This document shows, one piece after another, positions 1 through 14,722 of a stretch of DNA of 64,000 bases. A program made the position numbers and the translations under genes. This stretch comes from Octopus sinensis. Taxonomy: Eukaryota. A model generated the notes under the pieces. It was not told the DNA's origin and ran no database searches. It saw only the letters and a program-made list of their open reading frames with translations. Numbering within the stretch: the first letter of the stretch is position 1; each line of letters starts with the position of its first letter. The DNA is taken from assembly GCF_006345805.1 (NCBI RefSeq), contig NC_043014.1:33790001-33854000 (forward strand), written 5' to 3'.

Positions 1-348
1 AAATAATATTGTGTAAACTTTACGATTGTAAAGGGTTTTAAGGCAAAAAAAGGAGAGAGACAAAAAAGAGATAGAGAGAGAGTATAAATGAGAGTAAGAA
101 AAGAGATGATGAGAATGACAGGCTGAGAAAGAAATGGGAGTAGAGAGAGTAAAATCAAGGCGGGAGTAAAGATTTATGTATATTAACGAAGCAGAAAGAT
201 GGCGTAGGTTGAGAAAGTGAAAGTAGAAAGGGAGGAGGAAATGAGAAGAATAAGTAAGAATAAGAGACTAAAAAAAAGGTATATAGGTGTGTATCTATAT
301 CTGTGGGTGTGCGTATCTGGACATCTGTGCCTGTATGTGGTATGTGTG

Positions 349-382
<34 letters not shown>

Positions 383-579
383 CAATGTGTGTCAAAAATC
401 TCAAAACGAGAGCAGTGAGAGATAGTGTAGGGGGTAGGTGTTACACATGTGCGTGAAAGAAGTGTGTAGGTTTGTGCGTGCTTGTGATGAGTATGAGAGA
501 GTGTGTATACTAGTGTATGTGTGTGTGCTTATGTATGTATGTATGTATGTATGTATGTATGTATGTGTGTGTGTGTGCG

Positions 580-622
<43 letters not shown>

Positions 623-1695
623 ATATGTTTATGTATATGTGCTTGCGTTTGTAGAATAGCGTGCGCGCGCGCACGAGAGAAATTGTAGATACAGCAATAA
701 GAAAGAAACAATATGTATTTGTGTGTGCTCGCTTGAGCGGGAGAATGAGTGAAAGGTAAAGAGAGTCTGCGAGGGAGGCAGGGAAAAATGGCAGCGAGAA
801 GAGGAGCGAAAAGTGAACATAAATTGGAATGACATTTAATTAAATTCAAAATGAGAGAGCCGGGTGGTAAGGTAGTGGTATGGAGGTGGTGGTGGTTTGG
901 TGTTAATTGTATTGTAGGGGTACGGGTGATGATGGTAGTAGTGGTGGTGGTGGTGGTGGTGGTGGTGGTGGTGGCGGTAGTGATAGTGGTGGTGGTGGTG
1001 GCACTGGTGGTGGTAGTGGTGGTGGTAGTGGTATGTGGTGGTGTACTATAGTGGTGATAGTGACAGTAAACGAGAAGAAAAGAGGATAAAAACGATAAGT
1101 CAGAGTGGGAACGCCTGTTCGGAGGTGCCTCTATGGATTACACGCACGCACACACACACACACACGCACACACACACACATACACACACACACAAGCATG
1201 CATACACGTATGTATGTATGTATGTATGTATGTATGTATGTATGTATGTATGTATGTATGTATGTATGCATGTATGTATGTATGTATCTATATGTATATG
1301 TATATGTATGTATGTTTGTATGTATGTATGTATGTATGTATGTATGAATGTATGTATATATGTATGTATACTAATGGAAAGGCACGTGGCTCAGTGGTTA
1401 AAGTGTAGTATTCAAGATCGTAAAATACTAAATACTAGTTTCTATCCCTGGATCGTACGATGCATCGTCCTAATCCACTCAGCGGAGTTATCCTGCGACG
1501 GAACGATCCGCCCAAGGAGAAATATATTTAAACAGAATCCGGGAAAAAGGGATTTATGAGCCTATGACTCGGGAGGCACCTTCGATCTTATTTGATATAT
1601 CTTAATAACAGTCTGACACAGCTCCATCTGACTTAAATTGTATGGGCTCGTAGGATGATCCCATCTCGTACCACATTTTGTTCGTTTTGCCACTC

Positions 1696-1735
<40 letters not shown>

Positions 1736-1875
1736 TAGAGTACATTTAAACACAAAGAGGCGAGCCTTAACAGGTCGCCTAACATACTAGAAGAAACAGT
1801 CAAAAAGTCCAAACTAGGCCACTGGTAGAAAAAATTCCTACAATTTTTTCTACCCTATATTAATTTTAAGAAATC

Positions 1876-1908
<33 letters not shown>

Positions 1909-1927
1909 ATATATATATAATATATAT

Positions 1928-1958
<31 letters not shown>

Positions 1959-2126
1959 GTGTGTGTATGTATGTATACATATATATGTGTGTGTGTGTAT
2001 GTGCACCACAACTTGTCAAAAGTGCGTATAAAGCATATGTAGTAATGTACAAATGTCTGGAAAGTGAACAGTGTATGAGTCAGATACATGCTTGCGTGTG
2101 TATGGAGGGGAGAAAATCAGGTGTAG

Positions 2127-2160
<34 letters not shown>

Positions 2161-2850
2161 GCAAAACATTCAAACACTAAGATTTGAAATAAGATGTCAC
2201 TACTGTTCATATCATCTGTCGATAAAATTTAAAATTGATGGTATCAAAAGTAGTAACATAGGTGGTCCGTAGGCAAATAGCATTATTTAGCTATATACAT
2301 ATTTATACGAAGCGGAAGGATGCATAATAGTATACACCTCCAAGAAATAAGAGCTAAAGTCTTAAACCACCGTAGAGAACCAAGATAACAGAGAAATAAC
2401 AGTAGGCGAGGAAACGGAAAGAATTAATACATTCAAAAGCACAACTATAAAAGATTATGCAGTTTAGGACATCCACATACCCAGATTTCGGATTTTGGAA
2501 ATTTAATCCTTCAGCCTCTTCAGTACAGAAAGATATATATATGTATATATGTGTGCATGTGTGCGTGTGTTAGTATGTGTGGGTGCCTGTCTGTCTGTGT
2601 TTGTCCCCCACCATCGCTTGACAACCGATGCTCGTGTGTTTACGTCCCCGTAACTGAGCGGTTCGGCAAAAAAAGACTGATAGAATAAGTACTAGGCTTA
2701 CAAAGAATAAGTCCTAGGATCGATTTGTGTTTTTATTGGTTGTTGTAATTTGTAGGGTTTCGCTTTCCGTGCGCGCATTTTAATGGCTTAATATATACCA
2801 GCAATATTCCGGTCGAAAGGTGTCGTGTGTGTGCGTGTATGCTTTTTTGT

Positions 2851-2884
<34 letters not shown>

Positions 2885-4226
2885 CGTGTGCGTGTGTGTG
2901 TGTGCGTGCGTGCGTGTGTGTGCGTGTGTGTGTGTGTGTGCGTGTGCGTGTGTGTGTGTGCGTGCGTGCTAGTGTGCGTGCGTGCTAGTGGTGTGTGTGT
3001 GTGTGTGGTGTATGCACAGTCAAACTGCTTGCTGACGATTAATGAATGGTTTTGTTTGAAAGAAGGGAAGAGGAAATTTTCTTCTTTTAAAAAGGAGCTA
3101 ATTTGATTGTAAGAAACAATCTAATTTATCGAATTTATTTGGAAAGCGGTCACCAGTCCACTGTATAAAGGAAGTGACCCTAATGTTATTATTAATTAAG
3201 GCGTGAAATGTTATTTCAAGGGAGAAAATAAATGCACTTTATTCGAATCTCACGTTACTGCTGTTGATATCCCGTTATGATATTAAGGATTTATATTCGC
3301 TTGTGAGGGTAGGACGAAATTAGTTCTGTGTATTTATTCAATGCCCTTATTTAATCTTTCAGGATTGATTGCATTTCTAGTGTGTAAAGACTATAGAAAC
3401 CATTTCTTTGTGTAGATGAGGTGTTGCTAAATCTAAGTGTCTCCTTTTAACGCCCCCCCCCCCTCCGTCCAACGGACGGTGCTGAGTTGTCAAACATTTA
3501 AACCAAATTTTCTCAAAACAACTTGTCTGACCGTCCCATAGGCCTCCCTTTTGAGAAACACTGATTTAACCTAAATTTGAGTCACCAGCAAAAGAAGAAA
3601 TAACGATAGACTTTTTTTACTATTCCTTAGAAAAACGATTTTATTCACTATATCGATCACATTCTCACCTGGAATCGATTTTTGTAATTTTTTCAAGACT
3701 TAAACACGCCCTAATACCGTCGGTATCTACATATCAAATTTGAGTGCAATCGGATGGAGGATGCCCAAGATCCTAAAAGACACACACAGACAGACAGAAT
3801 GGATTTTATATAATAGATATTTCAAAAACCATATATGTGTAGTTAGAGTTGTGCTCTCTCTTCTTTCCAGAGTTCTGAATGTTGAAAGAGTTTATTATAA
3901 ATTAATTGGCAACCATTTCTACTGATTTTTTTCCCGAACAGTCACGTTGACTAGACATCTGCTTTGAGGGTGGCAATTACATTTCCGTGTTCTACTGTTA
4001 TCTGTGTTCTTGTGGTTAGAGTTAGCCAGTATTTTCTCATTATCAACTGCTAATGTTAGCTAAATTTATTAGAGTTGAATAACTTATTTTGTCTGAATTT
4101 AACAAATTTCCTGTACTTATGGCCGGGAGAATGTGGTTTTCTTACAGGGTAGAATAAAATTTTGTCAGAGTGCATATACTTATTGAACATGGTGAATTAA
4201 ACACCATAATCCATTACTACGTTTCC

Positions 4227-4803
4227 AAGGCGGCGAGCTGGCAGAAACGTTAGCACGCCGGGCGAAGATGCGTAGCCGTATTTCGTCTGGCATTACGTTC
4301 TGAGTTCAAATTCCGCCGAGGTCGACTTTACCTTTCATCCTTTCGGGGTCGATTAAATAAGTACCAGTTACGCACTGGGGTCGATATAATCGACTTAATC
4401 CCTTTGTCTGTCCTTGTTTGTCCCCTCTGTATTTAGACCTTGTGGGTAGTAAAGAAATAGGTATTTCGTCTGCCGTTACGTTCTGAGTTCAAATTCCGCT
4501 GCGGTCGACTTTGCCTTTCATCCTTTCGGGATCGATTAAATAAGTACTAGTTACGCACTGGGGTCGATATAATCGACTTAATCCCTTTGTCTGTCCTTGT
4601 TTGTTCTCTCTGTGTTTAACCCCTTGTGGGCAGTAAAGAAATAGATTTTTCGTCTGCCGCTACGTTCTGGATTCATATTAAACCGAGGTCGACTTTACCT
4701 TTTATCCTTTCGGGGTCGATAAATTAAGTACCGTGGAACACTGGAGTCGATGTAATCGACTAGTCCCCTGCCCCAAAATTTCAGGCTTTTTCCTTCTGTT
4801 GAA
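4227..4803 (+). mobile_element. SINE family A, head + three tandem bodies
   Basis: Head AAGGCGGCGAGCTGGCAGAAACGTTAGCAC; ~183-bp body (GTTCTGAGTTCAAATTCCGCCGAGGTCGAC...) starting at 4278, 4461, ~4645. Confidence 0.8.
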
Positions 4804-4927
4804 TTGTGTCTATGATATTAAGAGTTACTTCCAAGCTACATTATATATGTATGTGTGTATGTATGCATATATACATGTGTATTTGCATGCATAAATGTGT
4901 ACATGTATACATACATACATACATACA

Positions 4928-4959
<32 letters not shown>

Positions 4960-5321
4960 GTGGCATTTAACCATTTGAAAAACCCCTTAAGTATCATAGC
5001 AACACACAAGCATGCACACAGGTGCACGTGCACTATTCCTTGGCGGAATTTGAACTCAAAGTGTAAGACGGACGAAATGCCGCTAATTATTTTTGTCCTA
5101 TTAATAATAATAATAACAACAACAACAACAATAAACGGAAAATAAAAATCAAATACGATATGTACAAACAATTAAGTCAACTAAGGCTTCCACAAATCGC
5201 CGGAAATACCACAAATTATACGCTTCCATAATTCTCTCTTCCTTTCTTTCTTTCTTTCTTTCATGCGTTCATTATTTCACAGTCTCTCTCTTTCTACTTA
5301 TTTCTTTTCACTATCCTGTCA

Positions 5322-5371
<50 letters not shown>

Positions 5372-5824
5372 TCTCTCTCTCTCTCCTTCTCTCTCGTGGA
5401 CTGATTTATATCGTGATTAATTGACAATGACAATATTCTTCGCCCAGGGAGCAGCAATCTGGTTTCCTAAACCCCTAGCTAATAATCTGGACTGTTAATC
5501 CCAGCTAAGCTTCAGAATTTGCCCATCCATAAGGACCACCACCGTCGATAATGAAATAATTGTTTACCACCTCAAAACCATGAATAAATTGCTTGAAGAT
5601 CGGACATTAAGAAAAAACTCACATCACAATACATGGAAATGGCAGTACGACAGTTTCGGTTTCTTTCTTTTTGCATGTGTTACCAACCATAATATCCACG
5701 GGACCAGAGAGCCTTTACGCAATCTCTTGACTTACTAGAAATACCAGCCGAATATCGTTCAAATCACACTAACCTTACGCCTTAAAAGAGGAAGGATACA
5801 TTCAACAATATTGTTCTGAATGTA

Positions 5825-6170
5825 GAGGGTTCCGGTTGATCTGATCAACGGAACAGCCTGCTCGTGAAATTAACGTGTAAGTGGCTGAGCACTCCACAGA
5901 CACGTGTACCCTTAATTCAGGATATTCAGCGTGACACAGAGAGTGACAAGGCCGGCCCTTTGAAATACAGGTAAAACAGAAACAGGAAGTAAGAGTGAGA
6001 GAAAGTTGTGGTGAAAGAGTACAGCAGGGATCACCACCATCCCTGCCGGAGCCTCGTGGAGCTTTAGGTGTTTTCGCTCAATAAACACTCACAACACCCG
6101 GTCTGGGAATCGAAACCGCGATCCTACGACCGCGAGTCCGCTGCCCTAACCACTGGGCCATTGCGCCTCC
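5825..6170 (-). mobile_element. tRNA-headed SINE family B
   Basis: Head GGAGGCGCAATGGCCCAGTGGTTAGGGCAGCGGACTCGCGGTC...GGTTTCGATTCC (box A/B); 15-bp TSD ATTGTTCTGAATGTA at 5810-5824 and 6171-6185. Confidence 0.85.
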
Positions 6171-7187
6171 ATTGTTCTGAATGTATAAAAAGACTAGCTA
6201 TTTTGTACCGTGCTTTGCTCGGGTTTTGGTGGTGGTATTGTTTTGTGCGTGTTGTCTCCTTCTTTTGTTCGTCTTCTTTGCCTTTCCCATATTCCTCACC
6301 ATGGCAACCAAACGGTAGCCCCCGAGCGACTTGCAACCCTCCTCACACCATTGCCTACCCCATTTTACCCCCACCTCACCCCATCCCACCCCGTGTAAAT
6401 TTTGGCGCCAATCCGACTCCATCTACCGCCCATTAAACCGTTCCCATCCCAAAATGAGACAAATAACCAAGAAATCAAACAACTTTTTCGCATTTCAGCT
6501 TTATAGATATTGATAGGTTGGTAACGGTTAGAACGTATTTGATTATAAGTCCGTTGGATCCTGGGTGATTCTGCTAAATAACTACAACAACAGTAACAAT
6601 AATAACTTCCTGAAAGTCATGCTTCTCGCTTCCGCTCCCGTCTAAAATATAAGGCTCTTTATATTGGTTTCAAATTTTGGCACAAGGCCAGCAATTTCGA
6701 GGGAGAGGATCAGTCAATCACATCGACCCCAGTGTTCAACTGGTACTTATTTTAACAACCTCGAAAGGATGAAAGGCAAAGTCGACCTAGGCGGAATTTG
6801 AAATCAGAACGTAGTAAAGACGGGCGAAATTCCGGTAAGCAAACGATTCTGCCAGCTTGCCGACGTAAAGGCTTTTTATATTAAGGGTAAGGGTAAGGGT
6901 TAGGGTTATATTAAGTCGAAGAAATAAGCTTCTTGGAGAGATTGTACAATGCCATAAGTTTGATTTCTGAACGAGCCTTTCCGTTATCTTTCCCTAATCA
7001 AGTCAGTTAGAGAAACCTCTACGCGGTTGCTAGTCGTGCTAGAAATGCCAGCCAGTTCTTTCTTGAGCCACATCTTATGTTTAAAAATAAAAAAGGGTGA
7101 ACAAAGATGGATTGAAAGATGCAGAAACTCAAACTGAATATCAACTGCAATGATCTTACCAAACTGAGAAGGCTTTCAAAGGTGATG

Positions 7188-7255
<68 letters not shown>

Positions 7256-9043
7256 GCGCGCACACACACCTGCACACTCACGCATACACACATTCAGTTT
7301 TGAACTCTATAACCATTTTGATAGGACAAACCTCAGTGGGATTTGAACACGGTTCTATGTTACTAAATACTTTATTATATGTTTTTTCAATGGTTTACAG
7401 CTTCGGACATCTCTTGAATTGGGGGCAGAGCAAAGAAAGAATATATATAAATATATCTTTTATCTTTCACCTGTTTCAAACTGCGGACATGCTTCTTTTT
7501 TTTTACCCTAGTACTTATTTTTTGTTACGCCTGGCACTTATTCTATCGGTCTCTCTTGCAAAACCGCTAAGTCCTGACATTATATAATATATATATATAT
7601 ATATTATATATATATATATATACTATATATATATATATCTATATATATTAATATATATATATATATATATATAGTGGAGTTTACGAAAAAACAAAAGACG
7701 AAGACAGGTGGTGTACAAAACAAACATATGTATTAGTATAACGCTCATAGAAAAAGTCTTTTACGTTTCGAGCCTACGCTCTTCTACAGAAAGGGGCACA
7801 GAAAAAAAAACAAGGAGAGAAAAAAATGTGTGTAGTGGCTGTGCTCCAGCATGGCTGCAGTCAAATAACTGAAACAAGTAAAATAAGATAATAAAATGAA
7901 CCAAGAGAATAGATGATGATGATGATGATGATGACGACTACCACCATGATCCCGACCACGACAACGACGGCAGTGATAATATGCCTTTCTACAATAAGCA
8001 CATGGCCTGGAATTTGGTGAAGGGGGCCAGTCGATTGCATCGATCCAGGTGCTCGATTGGTACTTAATTTATCGACCCCGAAATGGCAAAGTCGACCTCG
8101 GCAGCGTTTGAACTCAGATTGTAACTACGGACGAAACACCCAGCGTGCTAATGATTCTGCCAGCTCACCCCTTTGGCAGTAATAATAATGACGATGGTGA
8201 TGATGATTATGTGTAGCCCAAAATAAACTCTGATCGAGTAAATCCATAATCAAAAGTATCCCAGCCATGGTATCTCGCTCGTCTTTTTCGACATTGCCCT
8301 ATTCTAAACATGACAGGGAGCATTCTCAGAAGGATTTCACTGCGGTTTTTAGCAGGTGAATCTGCTTCATAGAGGTACAAATCGTCGGCTCGAGGTGACG
8401 ACGAATGTGACGACGACGACGATGATGACGACGACGGCCAAGCCGATAACGATGACGATGACAACAACTATAACAGAAACAATACAATGTTGATTTGTAA
8501 TGAATGAAAAATGGGGGAAATGCAAATAGCAAACATAATTTAAAAGAGCATTATTTAAAATAATAAACATTAAAACAGCAACAACGATGGCAACAAGAAA
8601 GTATATAATCTAAATTATAAAGGAAACATACACATGAAAAAAAGAACGTAACACGATAAAAGAACCGAAACATTTGAAACCACTGTAACAATAACAATAA
8701 CAACAACCGTTACAAAGAGATTTAACAGCTCGTTATCCTCAAAGAAGCCATTTGATCTCTCATTAGCTGTTTTAGGTTAAATAAATATTGCAAGGAAGGG
8801 ACTCGAGTAAGATGGGAGAGCTCGAGTATGATGGGAGGTAATTGTAAGCGTCCTATGACGCTATTTGTTTTCTTTAGTTGATTGTTGATTCATCTTATTT
8901 TAATGTTGTTTTATTGTTCATCTCTGTTGTAATCTCTGGAGAGGAGGGGACAGCCGGAATTAAGGATGTATTAAGTCGTCAAAAGTGAAGACTATAATTT
9001 AATACGCAGCATACACAGGCTATGTAATTAATATATACATATG

Positions 9044-9078
<35 letters not shown>

Positions 9079-9122
9079 CATATGTATATATACATATATT
9101 ATATATATTATTATTTACAATG

Positions 9123-9182
<60 letters not shown>

Positions 9183-9233
9183 GCATATATATATATTACA
9201 TATATAGAATATATATATATATATATATATATA

Positions 9234-9264
<31 letters not shown>

Positions 9265-9372
9265 GACATTACATACATACATACATACTACATACATAAT
9301 ACATACATACATACATACATACATACATACAATATATATAAACAACCCATTTACTATATACGTGTGCTGATA

Positions 9373-9445
<73 letters not shown>

Positions 9446-9458
9446 AGACATACATACA

Positions 9459-9494
<36 letters not shown>

Positions 9495-9563
9495 TAAACA
9501 ACCCATTTACTATATACGTGTGCTGATATATTGATATATATATATATATATATATTTATATAC

Positions 9564-9614
<51 letters not shown>

Positions 9615-9643
9615 ATATATATATATATATAATATATATATAC

Positions 9644-9674
<31 letters not shown>

Positions 9675-10973
9675 GTATATACTTTACAAACACACATATA
9701 CACACACGCATACACATATTTAAATTTTCTTTTTATACATACAGAAATAATGTTCATATATGCATACAACACAATAATAAATATATATATATAATCAATC
9801 CTTTGGTATTGGTACACGACACCATTCACCCACACAACTTTCCCTCGTGATATAGATAAAGATGCTGAGCTCAAAAAGAGGGTGGATAAAGGGTAAATTA
9901 CGTCGTCTCTTCATAACGACACTCTGTAGACCAATACCGAAGGATCGTTTATATGGAGAGTGTATATTGTGAGAAAGAAATAGAGAAATAGTAGGAGCAG
10001 TGGCGGCTTTAAGACAAAATTAGTAGGGATGCTGCTTCAGGAAAATTTTAGCCGTTGTTTTAATATCGTGTAAAAGGAAGCAAACATAAAAAGAATATTT
10101 ATACATAAACTTGATCGGTTCGCGTTTTAGCCACTGCCCTGTAGTGTGTTTAATTTATTCACTGAACACGGCCGCGAATTGCCCCTTGTTTTTCAAACAT
10201 CACCCCTAAATCACAAAATAAGTGGGGAGGATCTGCCCTATTTCAAATCCTGGCAGCAACACTGAAGCTGGAAGCAGGATAATAATCTAATTCTACACTT
10301 TATCACATTCAAGAATATGAACACATTTTTAAGCACAACACACAGTGTCAAAAAGAAACACTACCTTTCACCGGCACTGCGTGAACGACAGTATTGTCTC
10401 TCCTTAGCGTGAAGCTTCCTATCTCGGACATGTGAGCATGCGCATAACAGCCAAACACCGCGTCGCTGGAACTATGAAGCGCACAGTTCTATTCAAGGAT
10501 TTTTGTATTTTTTTCATAAACTAGGGGATGGCTACTGACATTAGGCTTAAGGATTATATAATGTACAAATATAAAGAAAGAATTAAAGAAAAAAGGACTC
10601 ATTATATTGAATGTTATCGACAAAATCGAGTGAAAATAGGGGGTACTGTAGTTCCGCATTGCCTATACACGAGCCGTCACTGAGTAGAAATTCAAACAGG
10701 ATTTTTAAAGATACAAAAGAATGGCCGATGGATAAGAATGTGGGTGCGTCTTTCGTCTCATTCTTTAATCCGAAAGGGATAATTTCATGTTTTGTGTGAG
10801 TTTCGGAGAGCTGAAATATTTATTATAAAGATATTTGTTGAGATAAAGCCACAAGTCTGAGAAAATGTATATGTTCTTTTATCTGTTATTCTATCTCGTC
10901 CATCCCCTCTCTCTCCCTCTCTCCTTCTCTATTTACCTCTTGCACTCTATACATATGCGTGTTTGTGCGTGTA

Positions 10974-11015
<42 letters not shown>

Positions 11016-11114
11016 TGTGGTGTGTGTATATCAATATATATATACATACTGATATATATATATATATATATATACATACATTCATATATGTATGAATATG
11101 TATACATATATGTG

Positions 11115-11196
<82 letters not shown>

Positions 11197-12651
11197 CATA
11201 CATACACATATTCCAACACACAAGCATATCCATTTGTATATATATGTATATATATATATATAGTGTATGTATGTATGTATCTATGTATGTATGTATGTAT
11301 GTAGTATACACACACACATGTATATACTTATATATGTATATACACATGGATAGGCTGCCAGAAGTTTTATACTACCGTTTTCAAAAAAAGAAAACCCAAA
11401 TTCCTCATTATTTGGTCTTAAAAAATAAAAACAGCATTTCTAAGTATTGGATTCTTTTTTCATTTTTATTTTAATCCCAAAGTTTTTAGTTTTTAAAGGA
11501 GGAGAAATAGAGTGATTTAACGTTAATACTTTTCCCCAAAGGATACCAGCAATGTTTGTCTCCCTGTAGCAGAGGGATGAACAGCACAGTTAGTCCTTGT
11601 AAGGATTTTTGCGTTTTATTTATTTCTAAAGGCGTAGTCAAAGAGAGAAGTGTTGTACCTATGTTATCTTTAAGCCAGGGAATTGGACCAAATGCCTGCA
11701 ACAAAGTGAATTCCGATAAAGGTACCGATGCGCCTAGGACGCCTAAGTATACAAATGCGTATCTAGGGAACGGGCAGCAGACGACATTTTTTAAGGGGGT
11801 GGCACTTTTAGGACTACTGTATAGGCCGTGAGGGCCCGCGGGAGAAGACAATCTCAAGGGTGCCCTGGACATTCTAACTGTGCCCTGGTAGATATAGTGA
11901 TATTATGGACCTTTCCACCGGCTTTCACACAACTTCAGTCGAGAATATACTAGAAGACACTTGGCTAAGGTGATAAGCGATTGGATCGAACACGAAATGA
12001 CGTACACACAAAGTGAACACCCCGATTATCCAGCCATGCCTGTCCCCGAATTCTAAATTCACCCCCTCTTATACTCTTTGTAATTTGTTCCAACACTTAT
12101 ACATGCTTGCGGGAACCATGAATATTTCACGAATGAATGGTAAATCAATTGGGTTATTTCTGAAAACTTTATCCAAAAAACCTGAGGGTGTAGCCTGTGT
12201 TGTGTCTGTATGGAGAGGTAGTTGCTCATCTGCTACTCATTGAAAAGTGAAGGAAACTGGAATACGATGATTACTTAATGCACTTTATAATATATATACC
12301 TTATATAATTTATGCACAATTTTATAGATTTGATACACAGTACTGATAAAATAAATATTTACTCTTATTTTTCCATTTTTCCCATAAAAAAAAGAAAATA
12401 TCCTGTATATATGATACAATCTTTAGTTAAATTGTATATCTGCCACGTGAATAAGCGTGAATATCTCACGGAATTGCACTTATACGCATGTGTTAAGTAG
12501 TAGGTGGTATAAAAACAACTTAGTTCAGTTTTTAAAAATGCACTTTTCACTATCCAATCACCACCGCCACATCAACCACCACCACCTCCACCTCCACTCC
12601 ACCATCAACACCACCCCCACCCCCACCACCACCATCATCTCTCCCCCCCCT

Positions 12652-12705
<54 letters not shown>

Positions 12706-13134
12706 TCTCTCTGCCTTTCTTTAAGCTCACCATCAGAACATCACTCCTCTGCTAAAATATTTGAGCTCTCCTCTTCTATATCATCACTACCTTCAACTAA
12801 CTTTTTTAACCACGTGATGAATATTACGCTCTCCCTACCTCGCTTCAGGGATGCTTCTCTTTCCCTCTTTTTCTCTCTCCCTCTGTCTCATTCTGTCTCG
12901 CTCTTCGCCTTATCCTCTTCTTCTTTCTCCTTTTCTTTCTCCCTCTTTCCCTTCAACTAATCACGTAAAATATATATATATATATGACTGATGGTCCTTT
13001 CTGTTGACACGTAGTAGGAATGAATCCAAAAGCGTGTTGTTAGAAAGCCAAAACTTCTTACCACCTAGCAACGTCTGTAAAATATATATATATATATATT
13101 ATATATATATATATATATAATCTATTACAGATAT

Positions 13135-13183
<49 letters not shown>

Positions 13184-13295
13184 TATATATATATTATATA
13201 TATATATTAGTATATATATATATATATATAATATATATGTTAATATATATCATGTATATATATATATGTATATGTAATGATGTATATGTCATATT

Positions 13296-13353
<58 letters not shown>

Positions 13354-13369
13354 GTTTATATACCATATA

Positions 13370-13422
<53 letters not shown>

Positions 13423-13640
13423 ATATATATGCATGAATGTATGTTTGTATATATGTGTGTGTATGTGTGTATGTATGTGTTTAATTTCCAAGGAAAGATT
13501 CGGCGAAATAGTTACCAGGGCAGCCAAATGTCACATAAGCAAGTAACCGCGCATGCATGTGTAATAATTCCAAGAAGTGAGACGTGTTTTATATATATAT
13601 ATATGTGTGTGGTGTGTGTGTGTGTGTTAAAAATGCGGAA

Positions 13641-14203
13641 GGCCGATTTATGGGATTACCTTAGGTATCCCGTCCATAAAGGGTTTAGCTTTATGGCGTA
13701 TCGTCAGATCCCAAAACCTGTTGACCCAAGATCTGCTGTGAAGTGTATGCAGCTCGGATTTTATCTGCTCCATTCCTTAATTTTTGTATTCTTATTCACA
13801 TACCCGGCATGGCCGACCCTAGGGTTGTTGACGCTCCGGGCAAGCTGAATTTCAGCATGCACAAGCTGACAATTTACTTGTCTTTGTCACACCATTCTTG
13901 GCGCCCCTTAGCACATGGCGCCTCGGGTGCCTGCCCGAGTTGCCGGTACCTTGAGCCGGCCCTGATACCCGACAACTGTGCTCACCTACCGTGAAATATA
14001 AAAAGAACTTTTTTCAGTTTATCGTACTCCGATACGAAGAAATCCACTCCCTCCCGTCTCAATAAACCACTATTGTCACTGAAAACAAAAAAGAAAGCGT
14101 ATTTTTAAGACGTCTTAGGCCAACAGGTTTTTGGATCTGATGATACGCCATAGAGCTAAAGCCTTTATGGATGGCAAACCTAAGGTAATCCCATGAACTG
14201 ACC
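13641..14203. mobile_element. MITE-like element with ~90-bp inverted ends
   Basis: 13641-13731 and 14113-14203 are diverged reverse complements (ATGGGATTACCTTAGG...GGCGTATC.TCAGATCC.AAAACCTGTTG); no TSD found. Confidence 0.55.
13808..13964. mobile_element. hAT-type MITE, 157 bp
   Basis: Ends CATGGCCGAC / GCCGGCCCTG; 8-bp TSD ATACCCGG / ATACCCGA. Confidence 0.7.
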
Positions 14204-14230
14204 CTCCCTATTTTTAATATATACTGCTCT

Positions 14231-14624
14231 AAGGCGGCGAGCTGGCAGAAACGTTAGCACGCCGGGTGATATGCGTAACCGTATTTTGTCTGCCGTTACG
14301 TTCTGAGTTCAAATTCCGCCGAGGTCGACTTAGCCTTTCATCCTTTCGGGGTCGATTAAATAAGTGCCAGTTACGCACTGGGGTCGATATAATAGCCTTA
14401 ATCCGTTTGTCGGTCCTTGTTTGTCCCCTCTGTGTTTAGCCACTTGTGGGTAGTAAAGAAATAGGTATTTCATCTGTATTTATGTTCTGAGTTCAAACTC
14501 CGTTGACTTTGCCTGTCATCCTTTCGGGGTCGATAAATGAAGTACCAGTCGCGTTCTGGGGTCGATCTAATCGACTGGTCTCTCCCCAAAAATTTCGGGC
14601 CTTGTGCCAAGAGTAGAAAATAAT
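14231..14624 (+). mobile_element. SINE family A, two-body form
   Basis: 14-bp TSD ATATATACTGCTCT at 14217-14230 and 14625-14638. Confidence 0.85.
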
Positions 14625-14675
14625 ATATATACTGCTCTATATCTTAGAGTGTGCTTCTTCTTTCAGATTTATATA

Positions 14676-14722
<47 letters not shown>

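Noticed and set aside
4278-4803. CRISPR-like or satellite array
   Set aside because: Units are ~183-bp SINE bodies with no repeat-spacer architecture; eukaryotic context.
9999-10137. Small hAT MITE with CAGTGGC...GCCACTG ends
   Set aside because: Only a 7-bp inverted match and no TSD.
11486-11872. Overlapping 128-aa and 91-aa ORFs in non-repetitive sequence
   Set aside because: No recognisable motif; lengths within chance expectation; needs a database search I cannot run.
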